Assembly (NCBI RefSeq): GCF_964204865.1
Contig: NC_135264.1
Span: forward strand, 9,424,001 to 9,488,000
Length of the DNA stretch: 64,000 bases
DNA from: Styela clava
Taxonomy: Eukaryota
Direction: 5' to 3'
Made by a program: the position numbers and the translations under genes. How positions within the stretch are numbered: the first letter of the stretch is position 1; each line of letters starts with the position of its first letter. Positions 1 to 9,912 of this stretch are shown here, in pieces. The notes beneath the pieces are model-generated. The model did not search any database, was not told where the DNA came from, and saw only the letters and a list, made by a program, of their open reading frames with translations.

Positions 1-602
1 TATCAAGCGGAGGCAACAATGCAAACGAGGCGCACATGAAATATAAAATGATATTTACGCAAATAACCGACTCAAGCACATTGTTACGTCACAAATTATA
101 TAGATAATGCGGCCACGTGTCTGGGTTGGTGATTTTGGCTGCCATGCATGTTGCTAGATTTATTTTGTGCAATATTCCCGTTCACGCTAAGGAAAGACTG
201 TCAAATCACAACGTTTATAAGTAGCCTATTAGATTGCATGATGATATTGCAGTACAATCTGTGCCTGAAATTTAATGTTTATTCAGTTATTGAATGAACA
301 TTGGTATTTGTAAGGTATACAAAGTTCTTGGAAAATTGTAAAAGGTATATACCACGGTATAAAAGGTTGAAGAACACTGAACTATGTATTTTTCCCCTGT
401 TCTTATTCCGGATCGAAATGCTGTTAGCGAATGTCGGGCTAACACGTCGTACCAAAATAAGGCACTCTTCGCCAGTAATCAGCAACGCCATGCAAAATTT
501 TTGTTATTTAAAATATTAGCAACTGTATTGACACGAATTTGATATCTCTTCCATTAATATGCAACAAAACATCAGCATAATAAATGTAACATTATCACAC
601 AG

Positions 603-3293
603 GTTTGTCACTAGTTTTGTCTACTATGCGATCACATTGAACACCAGTTACCTACAAGGAGATCGTTACATCAACTGTCTCTTAGCTGCGATATTGGAGA
701 TTCCTAGTATTGGTTTAGCTTACTGGATGTTAAACAAAGTAGGTCGAGTGAAGACATCGGTATTCTTCTTTTTTGCCTCAGCAATACCGTGCATTGCTGC
801 TCCGTTGTTAGAACAAGGTGCAGCTTTACCTCTTTATCTATTTAGTAATGGTCTTAGTTTTTGTTTTCCTTTTTTTCTTTCATATGTATATAACTATTTC
901 TTTATATATATATATATATATATATATTATTTTATTAATCTTCGTATTTGGGCTTCTGATCTAGTGTTTTGTAATAAGCATAGCCCAAGTATTCATATAG
1001 TTTGTTTTGTTAGATGACTACTTTATTTAATTGGACTCTACTAGATAAAAATTTTATAAGTCTTCAAATACTGTCAAAATTATTCATAACGAAATAACGA
1101 CTTGATCTTCATTCTGTAAGCAGTATAATACCCAATTAAATCATTTCATTTTTCATTAGCTTCTCAAACAGCTATATCGGTGATGGCAATAGCTGGGAAA
1201 ACTGCGATAAGCGGTGCATTTTACGTTATCTATATTCATACGGTCGAAATTGCACCAACGTTGCATAGAAATTTGTTCATGAACGTTTGCAGCGCGTTCT
1301 CCAATATTGGATCAATTTTATCTCCATATGCGATGTTTATAGGTAAGAATTAATTTATACGTGTATCTACATTTGGGAGCATCAATAAAATAATAATTAT
1401 CAAGCGTCCGACCTCGTATTAGTCTAGTACCGAATAAAAAGAAGTATCGACGTAAATTTGCTGTGCGCATGTTCACTAAACGCCGTGAGTACTTCTAGTT
1501 GGCGTGACACAAACATTTTTGCATAATATGTTAATCCCAACCCCACCTGACTGCGTCATCCAAAAATTACTTCACCACGACGTCACTATCACGCCATAGA
1601 ACTTGCTAAAGACGATAAAGAAATCGCTCACGCCAGCAATCTCGACGAGACGAGAAAACGAGGGAAATAGTCTATTGACTTCGGGTGATCGTCTGCGCGT
1701 TTTGGAAGAAAATCCGTATATTTTGACGGCCCTTATTACTTATCGATCTTAAGATCGGTAAGTATGTTGATAGGTATTTGTCTGTTAGATGGACGCGATA
1801 TCTCACGAGAACGAGAGTTGAATCAGCTCCAAATTTTGCATGTGCTTCCATCATATCTCGGACCAGAAGCCGATGGATTTTGGACGAATTATGTCGTATA
1901 ATTAGCGAGTTATTAAATAATTAGTGATGGGACACGCGGTGTCACTATAGAGTCATGAATCGAAACCGCAGTTTCGATCGATAAGTCTTCGGTCTCCGAC
2001 CGATATTCTCGTTTCGTCATTGTGATGTAATTTTTGGATGACCTAGTCAGGTGGGGGTTAGAAATGACATATGCGAAATTGTTATGCCACGTCTACTAGA
2101 AGTACTTTACAGTGTTTTGTATAAAATCCATACAATTTTTGCTAGAAACTTCTTTATCTCAACTAAACCTCTCTAGTGCACTTGGACCTACTGTTTTAGT
2201 CACAAGGGTGGAACAAAGTGAGCTATCTCTGTTTGGTATTGATAAATATATAAAATTTCTTTTCAGCTTTTCATGTGTCGAGTTCGTTTTAGACGATTCT
2301 CAATTGTTACACTATGGTTATTTTTTCCAGGTAAAACTTCGACCTCGCAACTTGTGATTTACCTACTAATGGGAGGGCTATCTGCTGTGGCAGGTATTTT
2401 AATCATGATTTTTCTGCCTGAAACTGTTGGGTCGCCCCTGCCAGGGACTATACAGGAAGCGGCGGAACAAAAAACGTGAGATAATTCATAAATACGTAAA
2501 AAAGTATAAATAAGCTGGAAAGTAAAACGTCATATCAGAGTTCATGTACCACTTTGATGCCCACTTAACGAATCTTCACACAGGATTCACAACATATACC
2601 GTGTCGATTGGTACTCCCATACTTTACGACTTACGTAATCACAATATCGGCTTATAATATTCAATTTCTGATAAAATACCAATCCTTAATATATATTAGA
2701 ATTTCAAATACATGTTCAGGCAGCTTATCCAATTTTTAATCTACCTCCTGTCAAAATTGTGAGCAATTTGGCAGTAGTGATCAAAATACGTGTACGCCTA
2801 AACCTCATTATTTTTGATATTTTGCTGATAGTTACGCTTCCGCTGCAGCGGATTGACAAGCACGCAAGAGATTTATGTAAAAACTGTCGCTGCCGTTCTC
2901 AATTGCTTCACTAAATAGAACAAAAACACGTAAGGTTGCGACCAGTAACTTGTGTCTACTCTCAGTCGCCTTAATCAAGTATTTTTGGGTCACAGTGCAC
3001 AAGGTTTTAAACTTCAATTACATTCGATATGCTGCTAATGTGACCTAGCATATCTAGCCCGAAATGTATGTGGCGATTTATGCCTTTATTCATAAACAGC
3101 ATCAATCATACTATTTACACAACACCCCGAATAAACTGAAATTAGATTTTCCACCTTTACTGTAAGCCTAGTCATACATAAAAACTGTACAACGGGCCAA
3201 TAGAAAATATTTGGTATTTTCTTTTGCAGGTTAATTCAGATGAGTTACTGCTACCGCAAGAGGAGTGAAAGATCGAAGACTCGGCAAAGATGA
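603..3293 (+). CDS. SLC22-family (MFS) organic cation/carnitine transporter, last four coding exons; 5' part lies upstream of the window
   Basis: Exons 603-817, 1160-1342, 2331-2475 and 3230-3293 have GT/AG ends and compatible phases. Translation: FVTSFVYYAITLN..YINCLLAAILEIPS..KVGRVKT / GKTAISGAFYVIYIHTVEIAPTLHR..GSILSPY / FLPETVGSPLPGTIQEAAE / LIQMSYCYRKRSERSKTRQR*. These match the SLC22 motifs YY(G/A), GR(R/V), E(L/I)xPTxxR and LPETxGxPLP. AATAAA occurs near 3488. Confidence 0.85.
1488..2106. mobile_element. Non-autonomous foldback/MITE-like element in an SLC22 intron
   Basis: About 95-bp imperfect terminal inverted repeats: AGTACTTCTAGT..AACCCCCACCTGACT..TCATCCAAAAATTAC on the left and GTAATTTTTGGATGA..AGTCAGGTGGGGGTT..ACTAGAAGTACT on the right. 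No coding capacity; TSD not resolved. Confidence 0.7.
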
Positions 3294-4178
3294 AAATGAA
3301 TATAAAATTAAAAGTTGCCGTACTAATGCCATGTACAAATATAAGCCTAGATATTTTCAGATATGGTTTGTCATTGTATGCTATTTCATCAACATGGCAA
3401 ATATACGATGCCCCACTTAACCAGCATGGCTAACAATGCGTAGCATACTTAATCAAAAATGCACTTGAAATACTATTTCAAAACTTTAATAAAATATATA
3501 TTAATACCGTCTTACTATAGCGTACTTAATATTATTACCCGGAGCGGGGGTTGAAACTGCACGCTCGGCAAGTAAACGATATACCGTACAACTGACGCAT
3601 TTTTTCGCTACCCATTACGAAGTGCCGTATAACAGCTATATTGTTACGATGTACATCTGTAATAATTGGTCCTTTATATGAAGAGGACGGGCAGAAATAG
3701 CTCACCAACGTTAAACTGTCTAGCGTTTTGGATGCGTATTGTATACATATATACTAAAATGCCCGATATTCGACAATTCGTTAAAAATATTCTAATTATT
3801 CGATTCGATAAAAATTTTCTTTATTGCCCTCCTTTGCTATCTGTAATGGTGGTAGTCCAAACACTGATGCAATGAAACTTGACAAAACCTCCATTAAATT
3901 TAGTAAATTGCACTACTTCACGAAAGCGTGATAGAATTGACGATTATTTCATATCTCAAACACAAAAACGTTACCTCTTTCGTATAGTTTCTGCGGTCTG
4001 AAAAGTCGAATAGGGGTTTCGACATAGACATAGTAAATGCTATGATCATTGCCATCAATATATGCTCGGGCCTTGCACGAAATTTATAACGTGAAAAGGT
4101 ACGTCCAGCGGTTTATAACAACTTTGAACCAATTTAGTGTTTTTAGCGATAATAATTAATTGTTGTAATGAAATACAG

Positions 4179-4661
4179 TTTGGTTGCCTTTTTCATTTCT
4201 ATCGAAAGTGCCGACAATAACCCTATTGAATGATTTGGCAATGGGAGAAACATTTTAAATTGTAACAAATATGAATTAGGTTGTGCAAAAGTGAGTATAC
4301 CTGATATAATAATATGGGCGTAACGTGGAACGGCGAGCAAAAGCGAAGCGCGTGATCGGCTGTAAGTTTGAACACCACGTGTTACCCGTGCGGCCGCGCA
4401 TCTTGTACAATATTGTAAGGTGCTTTGGTTGCCTTTTTCATTTCTATCGAAAGTGCCGACAATAACCCTATTGAATGATTTGGCAGTGGGAGAAACATTT
4501 TAAATTGTAACAAATATGAATTAGGTTCTCCAAAAGTTAGAATACCTGTTATAATAATATGGGCGTAACGTGGAACGGCGAGCAAATGCGAAGCGCGTGA
4601 TCGGCTGTGAGTTTGAACACAACGTGTTACCCGTGCGGCCGCAACAATATTGTAAGGTGCT
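4179..4661. repeat. Tandem duplication, ~245-bp unit x2
   Basis: TTTGGTTGCCTTTTTCATTTCTATCGAAAGTGCCG starts at 4179 and again at 4424. Both units end in CAATATTGTAAGGTGCT. This explains the twin ORFs 4143..4340 and 4382..4585. Confidence 0.95.
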
Positions 4662-5725
4662 CTCGTGTAGGCTACATTATTGTAAGAAAGCAGCTATAAT
4701 ATCGGTAACTATTAAACATAGCTCGACTATCGCACTTTTCGGAATGATGAATTTGTGAAGCGGAAACAACATGTGTTCAAATATAGACAAAATTATCGGG
4801 CAGGCATAACAGCGTTACTGACATTCGCCATTGGTATTCTATACCTGTTACTAGAACAGGGTATGATCTATTTATATGAATAATATTCCTTTTATGATCT
4901 TCTTTGTGAATTTAGGAGTAGAAAATTTCTTGTGATAGGTGTGCCGCGAATATTGGAAGTGCTCAATAGTGTGCTGCGATATATAAAAAAAAAGTTGGGT
5001 ACCACCGGGTTACAGAGAATCACAAAAACTTTGTTCGCGGGACGCAGTTTGCCGACCGCTGATTCACATTCTAAGGCAGGGTGGTCAAAGCCCAGGCCCA
5101 CATGTGGCCCGCCGCTTCACTATCTGTGGCCCGCGTCGCATTTACCAGCGGGTAAACAAAAATCGCATTTGGTATTGTTTCGTCATAAAAATCTTTTGAC
5201 ATGTTGTTATCCAACTTCGCTAGTTGCCTCAGCTAGCCACAACACTAGTCAATTCAGTGACATTAGTGATGTAATGTGCTTGGCTAGTCTAAATTGTTGA
5301 CTGGCTTTCTATCATTTTGGTCGGGAATATATGCTAACAAAAAGGCTTTATACAAAACTAAGAATTGAATGAGAAATCTATTAGTCTAGGTTGGCTATAT
5401 GCCTGATAACTAAATATTAATGTTATGGCCTAACAATATGATTCCTGCTGGATGGTTTTTTGCAACCAGCCTGAACATAAACATTATCACAAAAAATGCT
5501 GCTTATAAGTCAGAGAATTTAGTAATTAACTCAATGCTTGCTTGATATGTCTGCAAGTCGTGGCATTGACAATCTAAAACGGCACTTTCTCCGTTATGAA
5601 GAGTTTGAAATCTTACACTAAATGTAGATACAGTAAGATTTTTGCACGTTTTAGTGAGTTTTTTGCATGTTTTAGCTTGATAAATGACAAATAATGATCA
5701 TTGTGTTTGGGCAAGAAAAGTGTTT

Positions 5726-8700
5726 CAGGCTTGCAAATCTACGCGAGTACGCGAGTCATACTCTAGTCTAGACTCGCGTATTTTGCCCTACCCGAGTCTA
5801 GCTATTACTCCCGTAAAAAACGTCATGACTCGCGTCCAGCAGTACACGAGAGTCCGAGGCGATTTTTTCCGCCGCCTCTCTCTCTTTATTCTTTAGTGAC
5901 GTAGAATCGTTTGCGGGCGATGGTTTATGATGTCACAATAGTACATTAGAGCGAAAAGTGAGGAATCAAGCACGGGCACGCCTCCGGACACCTAGGCGTT
6001 GGCGAATGCAGAATGTTCCCTTGTAATAAGGCAGACTGCGAATGCGTATTATGAATTTAATAGAAGTGTTGCAGACTAACAAAGATGAGATGTCGGTAAG
6101 ATTAGGGCTAGTGTAATTAATTAGTTATATTAACGGCTGTTTTGTTGTAAATTACCGGTAAAAGGGTATCTTTGCGTAACACCGTTTTTTTTTGTTTAAA
6201 AATACCACAGGAGATATTATAAATTGTATGATTAGAGTAAATGGAGGAAAAATCAAGGTCCGTCTCTGTAGCGGCCTGGAAGTTTTGGCCAAACAGATTA
6301 AAGGACAGTTTTATGTTCGGTTTCAACGAAGATAATACCAAAGTCGTACATGCAGCATGCATTGTATGCAAAAAACATTGTGACAGAATACAGCGCGGCT
6401 ATGGAGGCAAAGTTGTTAATGATGTGACGACTTACGGGGAGAATGGCACCAACTGGATTTTAAGATATAATTTAGAACGACACCTCAATTCCGAGGGCCA
6501 CTTAAAGTGTGTCGAAATTGAGAATGGGGAGCTCCCGACGCAAACAAGTATCGCTCGCTTATGGGGCTGCCAAAAACAGAGGGCGGAGAACGCCATAAAA
6601 CCTCTTGTTCGTACTGCACTGTATGTCTCTAGGAAGGAACTGCCTTTCAATGCGTTTGCGGACTTATTGCAACTGTGCGCAGACAATGGCGGCAAAATAA
6701 CCACGTCGTATGGTAACAGAGAAGGTTGTAAAGCCTTTATACATATTCTCGCGGAGGAGATATTGTCCTCAATAAGAAATGAAGTGCACGAAAAAGTAAT
6801 TTTTTTTAGCTGGATGGTGGATGGGTCAACAGTCGCCAAGCGCAAGTTATCGTACGAGTCGGAACTAATTTACATAAGAATAGCGCACGAATGCAATCCA
6901 GCTGTACACGAAATTGACTTGATTTCAATGAAGGAATATGTTCGAGTGGACGCTAACAATTTGTACCACGCTACATTGCGCTCTCTGTTGAGTTTCCTGA
7001 TTCCCGATTTAACAACAAATTGTGAGACACCCATTGAAAATCTTGTGGAACTTATTAAGCCTTTTTCTTCAAAAATTATCGGGGCCGGCGCCGATGGCGC
7101 TGCTGTTAACTTTGGGTGTAAAACGGGTTTACTTAAAAAATGGGAGGACGTGTGCCCTGGTCGGCTAATCAAAGTACATTGCTATTCACATCGAATTGAA
7201 CTAGCATCGAAAGACGCATTGACCCCCCATTTCAAACAAGTTATTGACTTCCTTATTGACATATATTATCATTTTCGGAATAGCCCTAAAGAATGGGCCG
7301 CCGTATGTAATGCGGCAGAAAAGTTGCAGACCGCGGTTGTTAGTGTACCAAAGTCGCAAGGCACAAGATTTGTGGCACACACACTCAACGCACTCCATGC
7401 GCTAAAAACAAATTGGATTGTTTACATACATCATTTCACTAACCAGAGGGAGGCTGAGTCAGATATGAAGGCTGAGAAATTTCTTGTTAATCTTCACAGC
7501 TTCAAGTTCTATATCCTATGTCGCCAATACGAGGATATCGTAAATTGGGTATCTGCCACGTCAATCGCAATACAATCAGATCATGACGGGTCATCCATTA
7601 TTGACGCTACCAAGCAGATAAAACGGTTGAAAATGAAATTAACTTCTATGGAACTTCGCGGCGGTCCTGCAGAGCGAAAAGCGCTCGATGCTTATGACAG
7701 GGGCGACCTAAATTGCACTCCGCTTCCGTTCCGTTTTACCAGACACGAAGATGGTGGACAAACGAAGGCAATACGCATTACTTGTAAAAGGCGTGAAACA
7801 CCGACCGCCAGACTCCTGGAACACGAGGAAAGCGTGGTTTTTCATTCTGCAGAGGAAACCATCATCCAGAGATCCCAAACAACAAGATCGCAATGCATAA
7901 GAAATCTGCGTGATTGCCTGGACGAGCGATTTACAGAAATAGAAGAACAAGAAAACATTTTGAGTAAGTTATCATGGCTGTACCCTGAAATCTTGATGTC
8001 GGATGGCGGGATTAATGTGTCCGTCCCTGAATATGGCAATCAAGATCTTTCACAAGTCTTTGAGTACTTCAAAGTACCTCTACACGCAGCTGGGTGCGAG
8101 AAGGGTGCATGCTTGAAAGAATGGGATGATTTGAAGTATGACGTCCAGGGAAATGAGGTTTACAAAGATTTGAGCACTACCGACTTTTGGCACAAGTTGC
8201 ACCAGCGAAAGAAGGAGACGTATAAAAATTTGTTGATCGTTGTCGAGTTAGTGCTTTGCTTACCATTCTCAAATGCTGTTGTCGAAAGAGGGTTCAGTTG
8301 TTCACGGCGAATTCTCACTGATTGGCGATCACATCTCGGACACAATATGATAAAAGATCTTCTATTAATTGCCACGCGAAAAGAACAGTTCGAAGACGGG
8401 GCCATTCGAGAAAATCTGGTCAACAAGGCTTCCGCCCGGTTTATGGGAAGCGATGGGACGTCTGAACGAGGTCTCGTGAAACGACGTATAAATTCAATTT
8501 TAGGGGGGTTGGAAACAACAAAGCCCAGCTTGGTACAGCCTCAACTAATAAACATCGACGATAGCTCGTCGGAAGAAGACTAAAACTGTGATATGTGAAC
8601 CTGAAAGCGTCTCACGCATTTCTTTGTTCGTCGACACAATTTCTAACCTTTCTTTTCATACATTTTAAATGATGCGAAGTCGACGGGCGGCGATTAGCGT

Positions 8701-9244
8701 TTAATATTCAATTTCGTTCTTTCTGTGCGATGTTTATTTTGCATGAACTCATCTGCTACATGCGAACACTATTTTATAGATTTCAGTTTGTACGGCAAAT
8801 GTCAGACTGCATGAATAGTTTTGTTTATTAAAAAAAAAAACACGCGATGGCAACGGCGACTGCCGTCCAGTCCACAGTTTGCAGCAAAACCTGCAAAATA
8901 GCAAAATGGTTGATTACCCCGATATATAATTAGGTCATTTACGTCGTGCGGGGAAAACGGCGTCGCAGAGCACGCACGTAATATTTAATGAGTTGCTCGC
9001 AAGTAGCAATATCGCAGAACGAGGGTACCGACGGAGTAGTGTTTATCGAGCGAAAGTAGGTGTGTAGATAGTGTGTGCGTAGATATAATTAGACACATTG
9101 ACTCGCGCCTGACTCGCGTAACATTTTCCTGGGACGGGAGTATATGTGACGTCACTATGACGTCATTGAATCTTTCGAATTCCGTTAGGAGGTCGACGAG
9201 AGTATGCCTAGACTCTCGTTTTCGGGCGCGGATTTGCAAGCCTG
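5726..9244 (+). mobile_element. Autonomous hAT-superfamily DNA transposon (3519 bp) with 5-bp TSD, hAT5-like
   Basis: Perfect 14-bp TIRs CAGGCTTGCAAATC (5726-5739) and GATTTGCAAGCCTG (9231-9244). Flanked on both sides by TGTTT (5721-5725, 9245-9249). GACTCGCG/CGCGAGT subterminal repeats at both ends. Contains an intact transposase ORF. Confidence 0.92.
6241..8583 (+). CDS. hAT transposase (ZNF862-like), 780 aa, uninterrupted
   Basis: N-terminal CxxC...HxxSxxH zinc finger. Catalytic D in FSWMVDGST, second D in GADGAAVN, CxxH motif in HCYSHRIEL, GTRF in place of the usual TRW, and catalytic E plus hATC dimerisation motif SNAVVERGFS..R..L. Confidence 0.93.
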   Translation: MEEKSRSVSVAAWKFWPNRLKDSFMFGFNEDNTKVVHAACIVCKKHCDRIQRGYGGKVVNDVTTYGENGTNWILRYNLERHLNSEGHLKCVEIENGELPTQTSIARLWGCQKQRAENAIKPLVRTALYVSRKELPFNAFADLLQLCADNGGKITTSYGNREGCKAFIHILAEEILSSIRNEVHEKVIFFSWMVDGSTVAKRKLSYESELIYIRIAHECNPAVHEIDLISMKEYVRVDANNLYHATLRSLLSFLIPDLTTNCETPIENLVELIKPFSSKIIGAGADGAAVNFGCKTGLLKKWEDVCPGRLIKVHCYSHRIELASKDALTPHFKQVIDFLIDIYYHFRNSPKEWAAVCNAAEKLQTAVVSVPKSQGTRFVAHTLNALHALKTNWIVYIHHFTNQREAESDMKAEKFLVNLHSFKFYILCRQYEDIVNWVSATSIAIQSDHDGSSIIDATKQIKRLKMKLTSMELRGGPAERKALDAYDRGDLNCTPLPFRFTRHEDGGQTKAIRITCKRRETPTARLLEHEESVVFHSAEETIIQRSQTTRSQCIRNLRDCLDERFTEIEEQENILSKLSWLYPEILMSDGGINVSVPEYGNQDLSQVFEYFKVPLHAAGCEKGACLKEWDDLKYDVQGNEVYKDLSTTDFWHKLHQRKKETYKNLLIVVELVLCLPFSNAVVERGFSCSRRILTDWRSHLGHNMIKDLLLIATRKEQFEDGAIRENLVNKASARFMGSDGTSERGLVKRRINSILGGLETTKPSLVQPQLINIDDSSSEED

Positions 9245-9258
9245 TGTTTGTTTTGTAT

Positions 9259-9318
9259 TGCACTATTTACCTATTCTTTACCACTACTGCACTATTTACC
9301 TATTCTTTACCACTACTG
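9259..9318. repeat. Perfect 29-bp tandem duplication
   Basis: TGCACTATTTACCTATTCTTTACCACTAC occurs twice (9259, 9288), 14 bp from the transposon right end. Confidence 0.9.
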
Positions 9319-9376
9319 TGGCCCGCGAACAATACAAAAGTAATAGTGCGGCCCCCCGAGGCCGACAACCTCGGAC

Positions 9377-9912
9377 CAAAATTTAGAAAAATTCCAATTT
9401 GGGGAACATATAATAAATTAGCAAAAAAACATTTTTAGGGTGAAATATGCGATTTTCGGTAGTCATTTACGACAAGTTTGAAACATACTTTATTTTTTAT
9501 TTTTTTAGAGCAAGACTTTATTGATGTAATGCAAAAAATATCAAAATTTAAAAAAAATCCAATTTGGGGAAATATAATAAATTAGCAAAAACCATTTTTA
9601 GGGTGAAATATGCGATTTTCGGTAGTCATTTACGGCAAGTTTGAAACATAATTTAACGATTATTTTTCTAGAGCAAGACTTTATTGATATACTGCAACAA
9701 ATATCAAAATTTAGAAAAATTCCAATTTGGGGAACATATAATAAATTAGAAAAAACATTTTTAGGGTGAAATATGCGATTTTCGGTAGTCATTTACGACA
9801 AGTTTGAAACATACTTTAACGATTATTTTTCTAGAGCAAGACTTTATTGATGTACTTCAAAAAATATCAAAATTTAAAAAAATTCCAATATGGGGAACAT
9901 ATAATGAATAAA
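9377..9912. repeat. AT-rich satellite-like array, ~163-bp unit, ~3.2 copies
   Basis: CAAAATTTA(G/A)AAAA..CCAAT(T/A)TGGGGAA begins at 9377, 9542, 9705 and 9868 (periods 165, 163, 163). Confidence 0.95.

Larger units (their letters stand above)
5077..9377. mobile_element. Older non-autonomous hAT (Charlie/Buster-like) element, split by the nested autonomous hAT; right end truncated
   Basis: Left end CAGGGTGGTCAAAG..GGCCCACATGTGGCCCGC follows TTCTAAGG. GTGGCCCGCG..GCGGCCCCCCGAGGCC subterminal motifs reappear at 9318-9377 but stop short of a complete right TIR. Confidence 0.5.

Noticed and set aside
903-928. (TA)n microsatellite (others near 12446, 35150, 44394, 46836, 62852; C/G runs at 28929, 42840)
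   Set aside because: Ordinary simple repeats with no evidence of function.
4143-4585. Pair of near-identical small ORFs as duplicated peptide genes
   Set aside because: They start at TTG codons, not ATG, and arise simply from the non-coding 245-bp tandem duplication.
4106-5061. hAT element bounded by CAGCGGTTT.. and ..GACCGCTG
   Set aside because: Only ~7 bp of inverted match, and the flanks (GGTACGTC, ATTCACAT) are not a TSD. Only the right end looks real.
6432-8426. Minus-strand ORFs within the transposase
   Set aside because: Antisense shadows of a long coding frame, with no motifs.
9377-9912. CRISPR-like array
   Set aside because: Whole units repeat with no unique spacers; eukaryotic context and no cas genes.
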